Of a stretch of 64,000 nt of DNA, positions 31,813-40,903 are shown piece by piece (positions within the stretch are counted from its first letter, which is position 1; every line of letters begins with the position of its first letter). The notes beneath the pieces are model-generated. The model was given only the letters and a program-made list of their open reading frames with translations. It had not been told where the DNA came from and ran no database searches. The position numbers and the translations under genes were made by a program. Origin of the DNA: Bacilli bacterium (lineage in GTDB: Bacteria > Bacillota_I > Bacilli_A > RF39 > UBA660); NCBI GenBank assembly GCA_017404555.1, contig JAFRCD010000005.1, forward strand, positions 54,488 through 118,487. The letters are read 5' to 3'.

Positions 31813-32706
31813 ATGGAAATAAGTACTGCCATAGAAGATTATTTAAATTACTGTCTAGTGGAAAAAGGACTATCTAAAAGAACTAATAAGTCCTACCACT
31901 ATGATTTGTTATCATATCAAGATTATCTAAAGAAAAAACATATTACAAAAGTTAATAGTATTGAAACTAAAACAATCGAGAATTACTTAAAACATTGCTA
32001 TAACAACAATGAAGAAGTAAGTACTATTGCTCATAAACTAACAGTTATTAAAAATTTCCATAATTACTTATATAAAGAAAAAATAGTAAAAAAGAATGTC
32101 GCCGAGTTTATAGCTCGTCCTAAAACTAAGAAAACATTACCCAAAACATTAAGTATAAAGGAAGTAGATAAACTACTTGACATTAAACTAGAAACTCCTT
32201 TTGACTACCGAAATAAAGCCATGTTAGAATTAATGTATGCATCAGGATTAAGAGTATCAGAATTAGTAAATCTAAAGGTCACTGATCTGGACTTTACTAA
32301 TATGATTATTAGAATAACTGGTAAGGGTGCTAAAGAAAGAATAGTTCCCTTTGGGGAATATGCTTCTGTTTCTGTGAAACTATATTTAGAAAAACGACCT
32401 AGTATGTTAAAAGGAAAAGAAGTAGAAGAGTTATTTATTAATAATCATGGTAAACCTATTACTAGACAAGGTTTCTTTAAGAATTTAAAGAAAATTTTAA
32501 AAGACAAAGGTCTAAACGAAGATATATCTCCTCATAGTCTAAGACATTCTTTTGCAACTCATCTTCTAGAAAGGGGAACTGACTTAAGAAGTATTCAAGA
32601 ATTATTAGGTCATTCAGATATATCTACTACAAAAATATATACTCACATTAGTGAGAAGCAAGTAGAGGAGGATTATATAAAATATCATCCTCGGGAGGAA
32701 AAATGA
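31813..32706 (+). CDS. xerD: Site-specific tyrosine recombinase XerD (RipX)
   Basis: LMYASGLRVSEL, SPHSLRHSFATHLL, LLGHSDISTTKIYTH; near deoB and dif. Confidence 0.88.
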   Translation: MEISTAIEDYLNYCLVEKGLSKRTNKSYHYDLLSYQDYLKKKHITKVNSIETKTIENYLKHCYNNNEEVSTIAHKLTVIKNFHNYLYKEKIVKKNVAEFIARPKTKKTLPKTLSIKEVDKLLDIKLETPFDYRNKAMLELMYASGLRVSELVNLKVTDLDFTNMIIRITGKGAKERIVPFGEYASVSVKLYLEKRPSMLKGKEVEELFINNHGKPITRQGFFKNLKKILKDKGLNEDISPHSLRHSFATHLLERGTDLRSIQELLGHSDISTTKIYTHISEKQVEEDYIKYHPREEK

Positions 32707-33116
32707 AAGCATTACGGATAATTTCAATTATAATTTCAGTAGGTTATATCTTAGTAGGATTTTACTTATTTTTTGCAAATGATATGGAAGCTATATTTAT
32801 ACCTATTATTATGAGTACTATCGCTGGTATACCGTTATTATATTTGTTAAAGGACAAAGAGAAAAATAGTACTTTATGGAGAGTTATTCTTGCCATATTT
32901 GATGCCATTGGTATAGTAGTATTCTTATTCATAATACTTTCTTTCGCAATGCTTTTTAGGCCTTGTACTGGATATGATTGTTTAGGCCAAGCACTTTTTC
33001 CAATGACAAGTGCCTTTGCGTTACCAATGATGTTTGTATATGGCTACATAAGTGTTGATTTTTTCAAAAATAATGATAAGAGGCGAGAAAATGAAGAAGA
33101 AAAAGAAAAAGAATAA
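32703..33116 (+). CDS. Hypothetical 4-TM membrane protein (paralog A)
   Basis: Four hydrophobic segments, CTGYDC loop; ATGA overlap with xerD. Confidence 0.7.
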   Translation: MKALRIISIIISVGYILVGFYLFFANDMEAIFIPIIMSTIAGIPLLYLLKDKEKNSTLWRVILAIFDAIGIVVFLFIILSFAMLFRPCTGYDCLGQALFPMTSAFALPMMFVYGYISVDFFKNNDKRRENEEEKEKE

Positions 33117-33528
33117 TTATATAAAAACAAGTGCTGTAATAGCTATAATTAATACAGTTTTACTAATATTTCTAGCATTTGTATTACCAACAGAAATACT
33201 ATTTCTTGCCATTGTAAACGTAATTCCTTTGATACTTTATTTTGCCAAAATAAAGAATTATACCTGGGTAACAATTCTTTTTATCATTATAAATGATCTT
33301 GTATTCCTAATTTGTTTTGGTTATCTAGTATACTGGTTTATATTTTCTCTAGGACATAGTAATTGTAATGAATTAATCTGTTTTAATACCACTGGTATTG
33401 TTATCCTAGGATTATTTATTAATTTTATTGTCTTTTTACCATATATTATTCTAAGTATAGATATGATTAAAAACAGAAAAAAGAAAAAGAAAAAAACGAA
33501 AACAAGAAAAAGAAATAATATGATATAA
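33091..33528 (+). CDS. Hypothetical 4-TM membrane protein (paralog B)
   Basis: Four hydrophobic segments, CNELIC loop, Lys-rich termini. Confidence 0.7.
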   Translation: MKKKKKKNNYIKTSAVIAIINTVLLIFLAFVLPTEILFLAIVNVIPLILYFAKIKNYTWVTILFIIINDLVFLICFGYLVYWFIFSLGHSNCNELICFNTTGIVILGLFINFIVFLPYIILSIDMIKNRKKKKKKTKTRKRNNMI

Positions 33529-33551
33529 TAAAGAAACAGAGGGAGATAACT

Positions 33552-34718
33552 ATGAGGTTTAAAAGAGTATTTTTACTGGTATTAGATTCACTAGGAGTAG
33601 GAGAAGCAGAAGATGCGGTTAACTATGGTGATACAGGTGCTAATACTTTAAAACATATTGAAGAAAATTATGATTTATTTATACCTAACTTAAAGAAGAT
33701 AGGTTTCTTAAATACAGTTAATATGGATGTTAAAGAAGATGTAGATGCCTATTATACAATGGCTAAACCCAATAACGCTGGTAAAGACCATATAAATGGC
33801 TATTATGAGTTAATTGGTTTATTATCTACAATTCCATATAAAACATTTAATGAGGGCTTTCCTGGCGAAATAATAGCTAATATAGAGCATATTACTGGTA
33901 GGAAAGTACTTGGTAATATCTGTTGTACTGATGATACTATTATTAAAGAATTAGGAGAAGCTGCAATAAACTATGGAGGTCTAATTGTTTATACTTCTGC
34001 TGATTCAGATTTACAAATAGCGGCTCATGAAGATATCATAGATATTGATACATTGTATAAATATGCTGAAAGGATAAGAGCTTTAACCCTTAGAGAAAAT
34101 TGGCGAGTAGGGAGAGTTATCGCTAGACCATTTAATGGTTCAGCGGGTAATTATAAGTTCATTAAAACTGCTCGTAAGGACTTTGCACTAAAGCCCCCTA
34201 AAAGAACTATTTTAGATAAACTATGTGAGAAAAAGTACAATGTTATTGGAATAGGGGAAGTAAATGCTATTTTTGATGGAGCAGGTATTAATAAAACTAT
34301 TAAAGCCGTAGATAATGCCGAAGCCATTAATAAATTAATTGATATTATGGATAAGAAGTTTACTGGTTTATGTATTACTAGTTTAAATGACTTTGATACT
34401 GTATATGGCCATAATAGAGATGTCGAAGGATATGGTAAAGCTATAGAAGATTTAGATGTTGATATTCCCCTAATTCTAAATAAACTAGAATTAGATGATT
34501 TACTTATTATTACAGCTGATCATGGTAATGATCCTACTTTCCCAGGTAATGATCATACTAGGGAAAATGTACCGGTTATACTCTATAGTCGTAATTTTTC
34601 AGAACCAAAGCGCTTAATACCATTTAAGACTTTAGCAGATATTGGTGCTACTATAGCAGATAACTTTGAAATCGATCCTCCAGAAATAGGAGAGAGTATA
34701 CTAAGTATTCTAGTATAA
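33552..34718 (+). CDS. deoB: Phosphopentomutase homolog (nucleophile Thr replaced by His)
   Basis: LVLDSLGVG, YTSADS, GRVIARPF, DFDTVYGHNRD, TADHGNDP, DHTRE; GKDH where the family has GKDT. Confidence 0.88.
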   Translation: MRFKRVFLLVLDSLGVGEAEDAVNYGDTGANTLKHIEENYDLFIPNLKKIGFLNTVNMDVKEDVDAYYTMAKPNNAGKDHINGYYELIGLLSTIPYKTFNEGFPGEIIANIEHITGRKVLGNICCTDDTIIKELGEAAINYGGLIVYTSADSDLQIAAHEDIIDIDTLYKYAERIRALTLRENWRVGRVIARPFNGSAGNYKFIKTARKDFALKPPKRTILDKLCEKKYNVIGIGEVNAIFDGAGINKTIKAVDNAEAINKLIDIMDKKFTGLCITSLNDFDTVYGHNRDVEGYGKAIEDLDVDIPLILNKLELDDLLIITADHGNDPTFPGNDHTRENVPVILYSRNFSEPKRLIPFKTLADIGATIADNFEIDPPEIGESILSILV

Positions 34719-34720
34719 TA

Positions 34721-34747
34721 AAAGAAAGAGAACCCTCTTTCTTTTTT
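34721..34747. terminator. Bidirectional terminator
   Basis: AAAGAAAGAG-AACC-CTCTTTCTTT. Confidence 0.7.
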
Positions 34748-34946
34748 ATTCATCAAAATAATACTCGGTAGCAAATTCTTCATTATCACGCGCTAAAAAG
34801 CTTTTACAAGATGTTTCTGATGCATCGTATGCAATTTCATCAGAAACACACCCTACGTCTATCTCCTCTAACTGACAAAGAGAGTGGTCTAAGTCCTGAA
34901 AAGCACAGTTCTCTACAGTACAGTTAATCTTCTTACATTTAACCAT
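34746..34946 (-). CDS. DUF1540 domain small Cys-rich protein
   Basis: INCTVENCAF..C..I.V...TSCKSF pattern; RBS GGAGG. Confidence 0.8.
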   Translation of the reverse strand: MVKCKKINCTVENCAFQDLDHSLCQLEEIDVGCVSDEIAYDASETSCKSFLARDNEEFATEYYFDE

Positions 34947-34965
34947 TATATACCTCCAGTAGTAA

Positions 34966-34994
34966 TATTATGGATAATAAACAGATAAATATAC
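34966..34994 (-). promoter_or_regulatory. Probable sigmaG (forespore) promoter of the DUF1540 gene
   Basis: Minus strand GTATA-N17-CATAATA matches the sigmaG consensus. Confidence 0.55.
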
Positions 34995-35133
34995 CGATGA
35001 ATTAATAAATTCAATTAAATTTAAAATATTTTTTTACTCTCTTTTTACCTCAAAATAGGGGAAGTAAAAGAGTAGTTAGATGACTTTTAAAAACACTTTG
35101 TTATACTTAAAAACAAATAAATTTGAATATAGA

Positions 35134-35161
35134 AGTTAACATAATATCAATTATAGGAAGT
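35134..35161 (-). other. dif site (Xer chromosome dimer resolution site)
   Basis: Minus strand ACTTCCTATAA-TTGATA-TTATGTTAACT versus B. subtilis dif ACTTCCTAGAA-TATATA-TTATGTAAACT; intergenic, located where gene orientation flips. Confidence 0.92.
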
Positions 35162-35188
35162 TGGTTAGGAGTAATATAAAAGGAAGGA

Positions 35189-35962
35189 TTAAACCTTCCT
35201 TAATTGTATCTCTGCTATCTTTTCAAAGACTTCTTTAGCGTTATCAGCATTAACTTCTGTATAACCCAACTCTTTTAAAGCCTGTACCTTTGCTGTATTC
35301 AACTCTTGAGTACGAGATAGTTTTTCTTCAGTCTTCTGTTCAATATCTTTAACAAAACGATCATGAGCCTCAGCAATCTTTTTCTTAGAAGATCCACCAT
35401 TATTATATAGTGTCATAGCTGAGAACATAATTCCTTCAAAAATAAATTGCTTTTCTTTGTTATAGACGAATTCCATCGCATCAGTAAAGCCCATAGCTTT
35501 AGACATATATGCTAATAGATACTTTAATTCATCATTAGTCTCCATAGATTGTAAATAATGATATAAATATAAATAAGTATTATATGTATCACGAGATTTA
35601 TCTTCCATTAACTTCTCTTTTAATAGATTAATGATATCTGTAATAAGCTCTTGTTCTCTTTTATTAAATCCCTTAAGATCAGCTATTATTTCTCTATTAG
35701 TAGTATCCTTTACTCCTTCGTTTAGCCTACTCTCTACTTCTATAATATATTCACCCGTTGGATTTATCTTGTCAATCTCCTTTTCATCAGTAATATTTAA
35801 AAGACTAAACAACTTGACACATTTCTCCTTAGGCCACTCTTCAAAACTATCCATTGCTAAATAGTTATATAACATTTGTCTAGATACCCCTAAATACTTA
35901 GCTAATCTAACTTTCGATATTCCTAACTCATTAAGTAAATCGTTTAATTTATTCATTATCAT
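35189..35962 (-). CDS. XRE-like helix-turn-helix protein with unknown helical C-domain
   Basis: LNELGISKVRLAKYLGVSRQMLYNYL HTH at the N-terminus. Confidence 0.75.
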   Translation of the reverse strand: MIMNKLNDLLNELGISKVRLAKYLGVSRQMLYNYLAMDSFEEWPKEKCVKLFSLLNITDEKEIDKINPTGEYIIEVESRLNEGVKDTTNREIIADLKGFNKREQELITDIINLLKEKLMEDKSRDTYNTYLYLYHYLQSMETNDELKYLLAYMSKAMGFTDAMEFVYNKEKQFIFEGIMFSAMTLYNNGGSSKKKIAEAHDRFVKDIEQKTEEKLSRTQELNTAKVQALKELGYTEVNADNAKEVFEKIAEIQLRKV

Positions 35963-35979
35963 TTCACCATCCTAATACA

Positions 35980-36024
35980 ATTATAAAGATTTTTTAGACA
36001 ATAATCAAGTGTAAATTGACACTT
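35980..36024 (-). promoter_or_regulatory. sigmaA promoter and palindromic operator upstream of the HTH gene
   Basis: Minus strand TTGATT-N17-TATAAT; near-palindrome AAGTGTAAATTGACACTT at 36007-36024. Confidence 0.5.
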
Positions 36025-36055
36025 TTTATAAAAATATTGCTTGACTTTAAAAAAA

Positions 36056-37159
36056 CTACAGTAAATACCATAGCTTTTCGTTATTCTTTCGTACTTCTTT
36101 TACCATTCCCCCGCCAATGCAGATATCATCAACATAGAAGACACAAGCTTGACCAGGAGTAACAGCTTTAACATGATCATATTTAACCAAAATATTGCCA
36201 TCATCTAAATATTCCAATTCTACAGGAATATCTTCTTGTCTATATCTAAATTTAGCATTACACTTATCAGGTCTTAAATCACAATTAAAGTTGAGATCTT
36301 CTATTATAGCACTATCACTATATAAGTACTCGGTATTACCAAAAGAAATATATAGGATATTCTTATCAAGATTCTTACCAACTACAAACATTCTCTCTTC
36401 ACTACCACCAATATTTAATCCCCTTCTCTGTCCAATAGTATAATACATTAATCCTTCATGCTTACCAATAACTTCATTATTATCAATATTAACAATATCC
36501 CCTGAGGTTGCGGGTAAATAGTTCTTTAAGAAGTTTTTAAAGTTTCTCTCCCCTATAAAACAGATACCTGTTGAATCTTTTTTAGACGCAAGTGCTAAAT
36601 CATGTTCTTTAGCAATTCTTCTAACCTCATCTTTAGTAATATCACCTAACGGAAACAAAACATTTTCTAATTGTTTCACAGAAACTTGTGATAAGAAATA
36701 ACTCTGATCTTTATTCAAATCAGCAGCCTTCTTTAAATAACCATCTTCTAACTTAGCATAATGACCAGTCGCAATATAGTCAGCTCCCAGTTTTTCAGCT
36801 TCTTTCTTAAACTGATCAAACTTTATATACTTATTACACATAATATCTGGATTAGGAGTTCTACCCTTTTTTAATTCATCAAGAAAATAAGTAAAGACAT
36901 CATCCCAATACTCTTTAATAAAATCTACTCTATGCAGTTTAATATTCAATTTTTCACATGCTTCTAACGCATCATTATAATCTTGCTCCTGAGGACAAAT
37001 ATTATTATTTAAATCAGGATTACCTAAAATATCATTATTAATCGAAGAATCCCAATTACGCATAAATAACCCTTCAACATCATAGCCCTGTTCTTTTAAA
37101 AGAATAGCCGCTACTGAAGAGTCTACTCCTCCAGAAATACCGACGATAACTTTTTTCAT
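36056..37159 (-). CDS. mnmA: tRNA 2-thiouridylase MnmA
   Basis: SGGVDS, TPNPDIMCN, ATGHYA, KDQSYFL, DSTGICF, TPGQ. Confidence 0.97.
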   Translation of the reverse strand: MKKVIVGISGGVDSSVAAILLKEQGYDVEGLFMRNWDSSINNDILGNPDLNNNICPQEQDYNDALEACEKLNIKLHRVDFIKEYWDDVFTYFLDELKKGRTPNPDIMCNKYIKFDQFKKEAEKLGADYIATGHYAKLEDGYLKKAADLNKDQSYFLSQVSVKQLENVLFPLGDITKDEVRRIAKEHDLALASKKDSTGICFIGERNFKNFLKNYLPATSGDIVNIDNNEVIGKHEGLMYYTIGQRRGLNIGGSEERMFVVGKNLDKNILYISFGNTEYLYSDSAIIEDLNFNCDLRPDKCNAKFRYRQEDIPVELEYLDDGNILVKYDHVKAVTPGQACVFYVDDICIGGGMVKEVRKNNEKLWYLL

Positions 37160-37217
37160 ATTTATCACCAAGGATATTATACTAAAAAAAGAAAGAATAA
37201 TAAAGTGTTCTTCCCTT

Positions 37218-37820
37218 TTATAGTAATAATTTCATAATACTTGGTACTACTAAAACTTCAATTAAAGTAGAAATAACCATAAACACTAACAGTATTAGTA
37301 ATACATTAACATATCTTCTAATAATCCTTTTATTGGTTTCTTCATGAAGAAATAAGATATGATATAAATACCTAGACATCTTAAGAGAATTATAAACTAG
37401 TATTAAAAATATACCTATGTTAATAATACTGGGAACAATATATATAATTCCTAAAAAAATACCTTTTGTATGATAAAAATAGATAATAGAAGCTATACTC
37501 ATTCCCATAGTTAAAGCTTTAAAAGCAAAATACATCACTATAATAGGAATACCGACTAGAGATATACCTAGTAACCATATTAAAAACATACTAATGGTGT
37601 TTTTAAAGAAAACTGTTTTTAAAGCATTACCATAGTTAAATTTACCACTTTTAATTTGTAGAAAGAATCCTTCTATATAGTCCTTTAAAAGTATTTTATT
37701 ACTCTTTGATAAAACTGCTATAACAAGAACTCCTAATAATATAAATATTATTGCTGTAATGATTAAAAAAGCTAAAGTTTTTTTCTTATTACGTCTAATT
37801 CTAAATACCTTTTTACGCAT
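37218..37820 (-). CDS. spoIIM: Stage II sporulation protein M
   Basis: Five TM segments, IWLLGISLVGIP, C-terminal LIEVLVVP. Confidence 0.75.
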   Translation of the reverse strand: MRKKVFRIRRNKKKTLAFLIITAIIFILLGVLVIAVLSKSNKILLKDYIEGFFLQIKSGKFNYGNALKTVFFKNTISMFLIWLLGISLVGIPIIVMYFAFKALTMGMSIASIIYFYHTKGIFLGIIYIVPSIINIGIFLILVYNSLKMSRYLYHILFLHEETNKRIIRRYVNVLLILLVFMVISTLIEVLVVPSIMKLLL

Positions 37821-37921
37821 AGTATCACCTAATTAATCCTATTAAGAAAGATTTAACTTATGCGAAATATAATTTTACAATTTATAACATTTATCTTATA
37901 ATAGAAATTGAGGTGGATATA

Positions 37922-38020
37922 ATGAAAAAAAAGAATAATATATTTATCAAAGTAGTCGCTATTATCATGATTGTTGCTATGTTAGCTAGTTTTGTTAGTA
38001 TAATCGTTTCCTTATTTTAA
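37922..38020 (+). CDS. Small single-TM protein (DUF4044/Prli42-like), not in ORF track
   Basis: MKKKNNIFIKVVAIIMIVAMLASFVSIIVSLF (32 aa); RBS GAGGTG; TTTACA..TATAAT upstream. Confidence 0.6.
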   Translation: MKKKNNIFIKVVAIIMIVAMLASFVSIIVSLF

Positions 38021-38049
38021 TTACATATAAAAAAGAGAAATAACTTCTC

Positions 38050-39057
38050 TTATATTCCTAAAGGGAACCTCAATTGGGGGTTTTTCTTTTTTATTTTTTG
38101 AAGAGGATAACCTTCTACTTTAATATCCTCTAATTTAATATCATAGAAATCACTTTTCTCTTCATTAATCATTATCTTTGGATCACAATTAATTGGTTCT
38201 CTATTTAACATTTCAATAGCTTGCGCAATATGACGATCATAAATCTGTATATTATCATATTGCCAAGTAAACTGCCCTACTTCTAAGCCTAAATCTCTAG
38301 CTATTAAGTGTTGAAAAACTAGATATTGTACTTGATTAATACAACCAGCTGTCGCGAAATCACTACTCCTTTGTTTTAAGGACATATCTAAATAGTCTTT
38401 ACCATCCCATTCATGACGTACATTAAAAGTAGTAAGATAAGCACAAGGTTTAAGACCATGAGGATCTTTAAAATCATCTGTCTGCCACATACTAATAATA
38501 TGTCTTCTACCATCAGGATCACGTCTTAAATCATCTAAAAGTTCATGGACACTATTATGTCTTCTAATCGTTTCACCATAGGCAGCACCAATAGTTCTAG
38601 TATTATCAACTTCCCATTCATCCCACCAATGAACATTATATTTATCAGCCAAAACATCTAAATCATTAGAGGCGTCCTGGTATATCCATAAAAGTTCACC
38701 AATACTTTTTTTAACCGCAATCGGTCTAAGGGTTACAAAAGGACTTTCTCCTTTAGAAATATCGTAAGTCATAATTCCCTTAGTTGTTCGTCCATGGTTT
38801 AAACTAAGAGTGTGAGCTGGTTCTCCATCTTCATACTTTGGACGAGGATTATGATCAAGTGTACCTCTTGTTAAAATATCATCAAATAATACTTTGGTAT
38901 ACATATCCCCTTTGGTACCAATCATATTGCCATCTTTATCAAGTAAACGCCCATTCATCACTTTTGGTTCTTCATAACTAGTCTTATCTAAGACTAATTC
39001 TTTTTCACCCCAAGCCAGTTTCTGTAAATTAACACGATCAACATCAAAATTCTTCAT
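38050..39057 (-). CDS. thyA: Thymidylate synthase (B. subtilis ThyA / streptococcal type)
   Basis: ELLWIYQ, IGAAYG, LKPCAY, QRSSD, QIYDRH. Confidence 0.93.
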   Translation of the reverse strand: MKNFDVDRVNLQKLAWGEKELVLDKTSYEEPKVMNGRLLDKDGNMIGTKGDMYTKVLFDDILTRGTLDHNPRPKYEDGEPAHTLSLNHGRTTKGIMTYDISKGESPFVTLRPIAVKKSIGELLWIYQDASNDLDVLADKYNVHWWDEWEVDNTRTIGAAYGETIRRHNSVHELLDDLRRDPDGRRHIISMWQTDDFKDPHGLKPCAYLTTFNVRHEWDGKDYLDMSLKQRSSDFATAGCINQVQYLVFQHLIARDLGLEVGQFTWQYDNIQIYDRHIAQAIEMLNREPINCDPKIMINEEKSDFYDIKLEDIKVEGYPLQKIKKKNPQLRFPLGI

Positions 39058-39109
39058 AAAACCCTCCTATTAAATTAATTATATCAGACAAAAAAGAAAA
39101 AAGATATTA

Positions 39110-40081
39110 TTATCTTTCTCCTTCTTCCAACATGTTAGTAATAAAAATACCATAACCCTTAGTAACATCATCTACTATCACATGTGTAACCGCACCAATA
39201 ATCTTATTATCTTGAATAATTGGCGAACCACTCATTCCCTGTACTATTCCCCCAGTAGACTTTAATAATCTCTCATCATCAATCGCAAATAAAATGTTTT
39301 TAGTTTTACTGTTTGGATCAATTTTAATAATATTAATCGAAAACTCTTCTACTTGTTCATCACTAATAACTGTCCTAATAGTAGCTTTTCCAGTATGTAT
39401 TTCCTTAGTAGCTGATACTTCTATTCTCTCATCATCACTAATTTCATTAACTTGTCCAAAAATACCAGCTTTAGTATTCTTTTCCACATTTCCAATATCC
39501 GCATTAATATCATACTCAGCATTCTTTTCTCCTGCTTCTTGATCAGTACTTTTCTTAATACTATCTACAGCTGCCTCATAAATTTTACCATCTTTAATCT
39601 CGAATTTAGATGCTGTATTCTTATCGACTATTTCATGTCCTAAAGCCCCAAATATTCTAGTATTGGGATCAATATAAGTAAGAGTTCCTATACCATTTAT
39701 CTGGTCTTTAACATAAAGTCCTGTCTTTAATACCCCATTATCATCTTTACTTAGATTGGTTGTGATTTTCTTAATATCATTATCTCTATAAACCTCAAAG
39801 ATAAAATTATTATTAGAAGATTCACTATTTATAACTTCAATCATTCTATCAATTGTATCTACTTCATGATTATTTATTCTAATGATTCGATCCCCTATTT
39901 TAAACTCTTTATTAGAATCCCCTTCAACATCATAAAGACCTACTATCAATACTCCTTTGGAGTTTACTTCAATTCCTACTGTATTCCCACCAGGAATTAT
40001 ATATTTAGAATAAGCCCATGTATTAAGAGGAAAAATAGCTAATACAAGCAATAATATTATTTTAGTAATCTTAGTCTTAAT
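39110..40081 (-). CDS. spoIVB: SpoIVB serine peptidase (S55); start probably ATT at 40081
   Basis: PGGNTVGI, PDZ domain, GIGTLTY, FGALGHEI, GGIVQGMSGSPIIQ, GAVTHV; GGTAATACTA sigmaF/G-like -10 at 40107-40116. Confidence 0.93.
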   Translation of the reverse strand: MKTKITKIILLLVLAIFPLNTWAYSKYIIPGGNTVGIEVNSKGVLIVGLYDVEGDSNKEFKIGDRIIRINNHEVDTIDRMIEVINSESSNNNFIFEVYRDNDIKKITTNLSKDDNGVLKTGLYVKDQINGIGTLTYIDPNTRIFGALGHEIVDKNTASKFEIKDGKIYEAAVDSIKKSTDQEAGEKNAEYDINADIGNVEKNTKAGIFGQVNEISDDERIEVSATKEIHTGKATIRTVISDEQVEEFSINIIKIDPNSKTKNILFAIDDERLLKSTGGIVQGMSGSPIIQDNKIIGAVTHVIVDDVTKGYGIFITNMLEEGER

Positions 40082-40207
40082 AAAATCATCTCCTTACTTC
40101 AGTAATTAGTATTACCAAATAAGAATTATTAAAACTAACACTATTTACCATTTTTTAAAGTTGCGAACCTATTAAATATGTGTTATATTATAATAGAGGT
40201 GAATTAT

Positions 40208-40894
40208 ATGAATGAACAATCAATTAGAGATAGAGCTAGATTACACCAAGTATATATTGATGATAAAAGGATCCTTGATTCTAAAGAGCCAAGAGTAACT
40301 TACTATGATCCCCCTGAGAGACCTAGAAAAGTAAGAAAAAGAAGAAAAAAAGTTCATCAAGGTAAAGTTGGTTTAATAATAGCTGGTCTTATTGTTGGTG
40401 GTATTGCGACTAAGACAATAGATTCATATATTGAAAAAGAACGTATTTATGATAATCGTCTAGAAATAGAAGATGAGTTCCAAGATAAACTTTCTGAGTG
40501 CGATGATTATTTAGATATAGCCCACTACATTAATTCATTAGATGCTACTAATCAACGTGGTATCATCTATTATTTAATGGATAATGTATATGATGGCAAA
40601 GCCGAAGAAAAAGACCTTCCAGTAGATAAAGAAGATGCTGAAAAAATATTTAGTCAATTAAATTATAATGATGCCCCTAACTTAGAAATCTATGCTAGAG
40701 AGTTAGGTTATTATACAGTAGATGATTATTTCGATAAAGAAGATAAATTTTTAACTAATATGGCTAAAGTTAGGATGTCAGAAAAAACGGCTAATCGCTA
40801 TCAAATGGAATTAAATGAAATAATTAATCAAGAAGATTCATTTAATGCAGATTACCCTGATAATGAATTAGGTAATCCTGGTATGAATAAATAG
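40208..40894 (+). CDS. Hypothetical membrane-anchored protein
   Basis: Basic patch, single TM (VGLIIAGLIVGGIA), acidic C-terminal domain; own sigmaA-like promoter. Confidence 0.7.
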   Translation: MNEQSIRDRARLHQVYIDDKRILDSKEPRVTYYDPPERPRKVRKRRKKVHQGKVGLIIAGLIVGGIATKTIDSYIEKERIYDNRLEIEDEFQDKLSECDDYLDIAHYINSLDATNQRGIIYYLMDNVYDGKAEEKDLPVDKEDAEKIFSQLNYNDAPNLEIYARELGYYTVDDYFDKEDKFLTNMAKVRMSEKTANRYQMELNEIINQEDSFNADYPDNELGNPGMNK

Positions 40895-40903
40895 AGGTGA
40901 ATT

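Noticed and set aside
31813-33528. Tyrosine recombinase plus two orphans as an integrated element or integron
   Set aside because: Sequence and xerD-deoB synteny fit chromosomal XerD; no att repeats or attC-like spacers are visible and the genes overlap each other.
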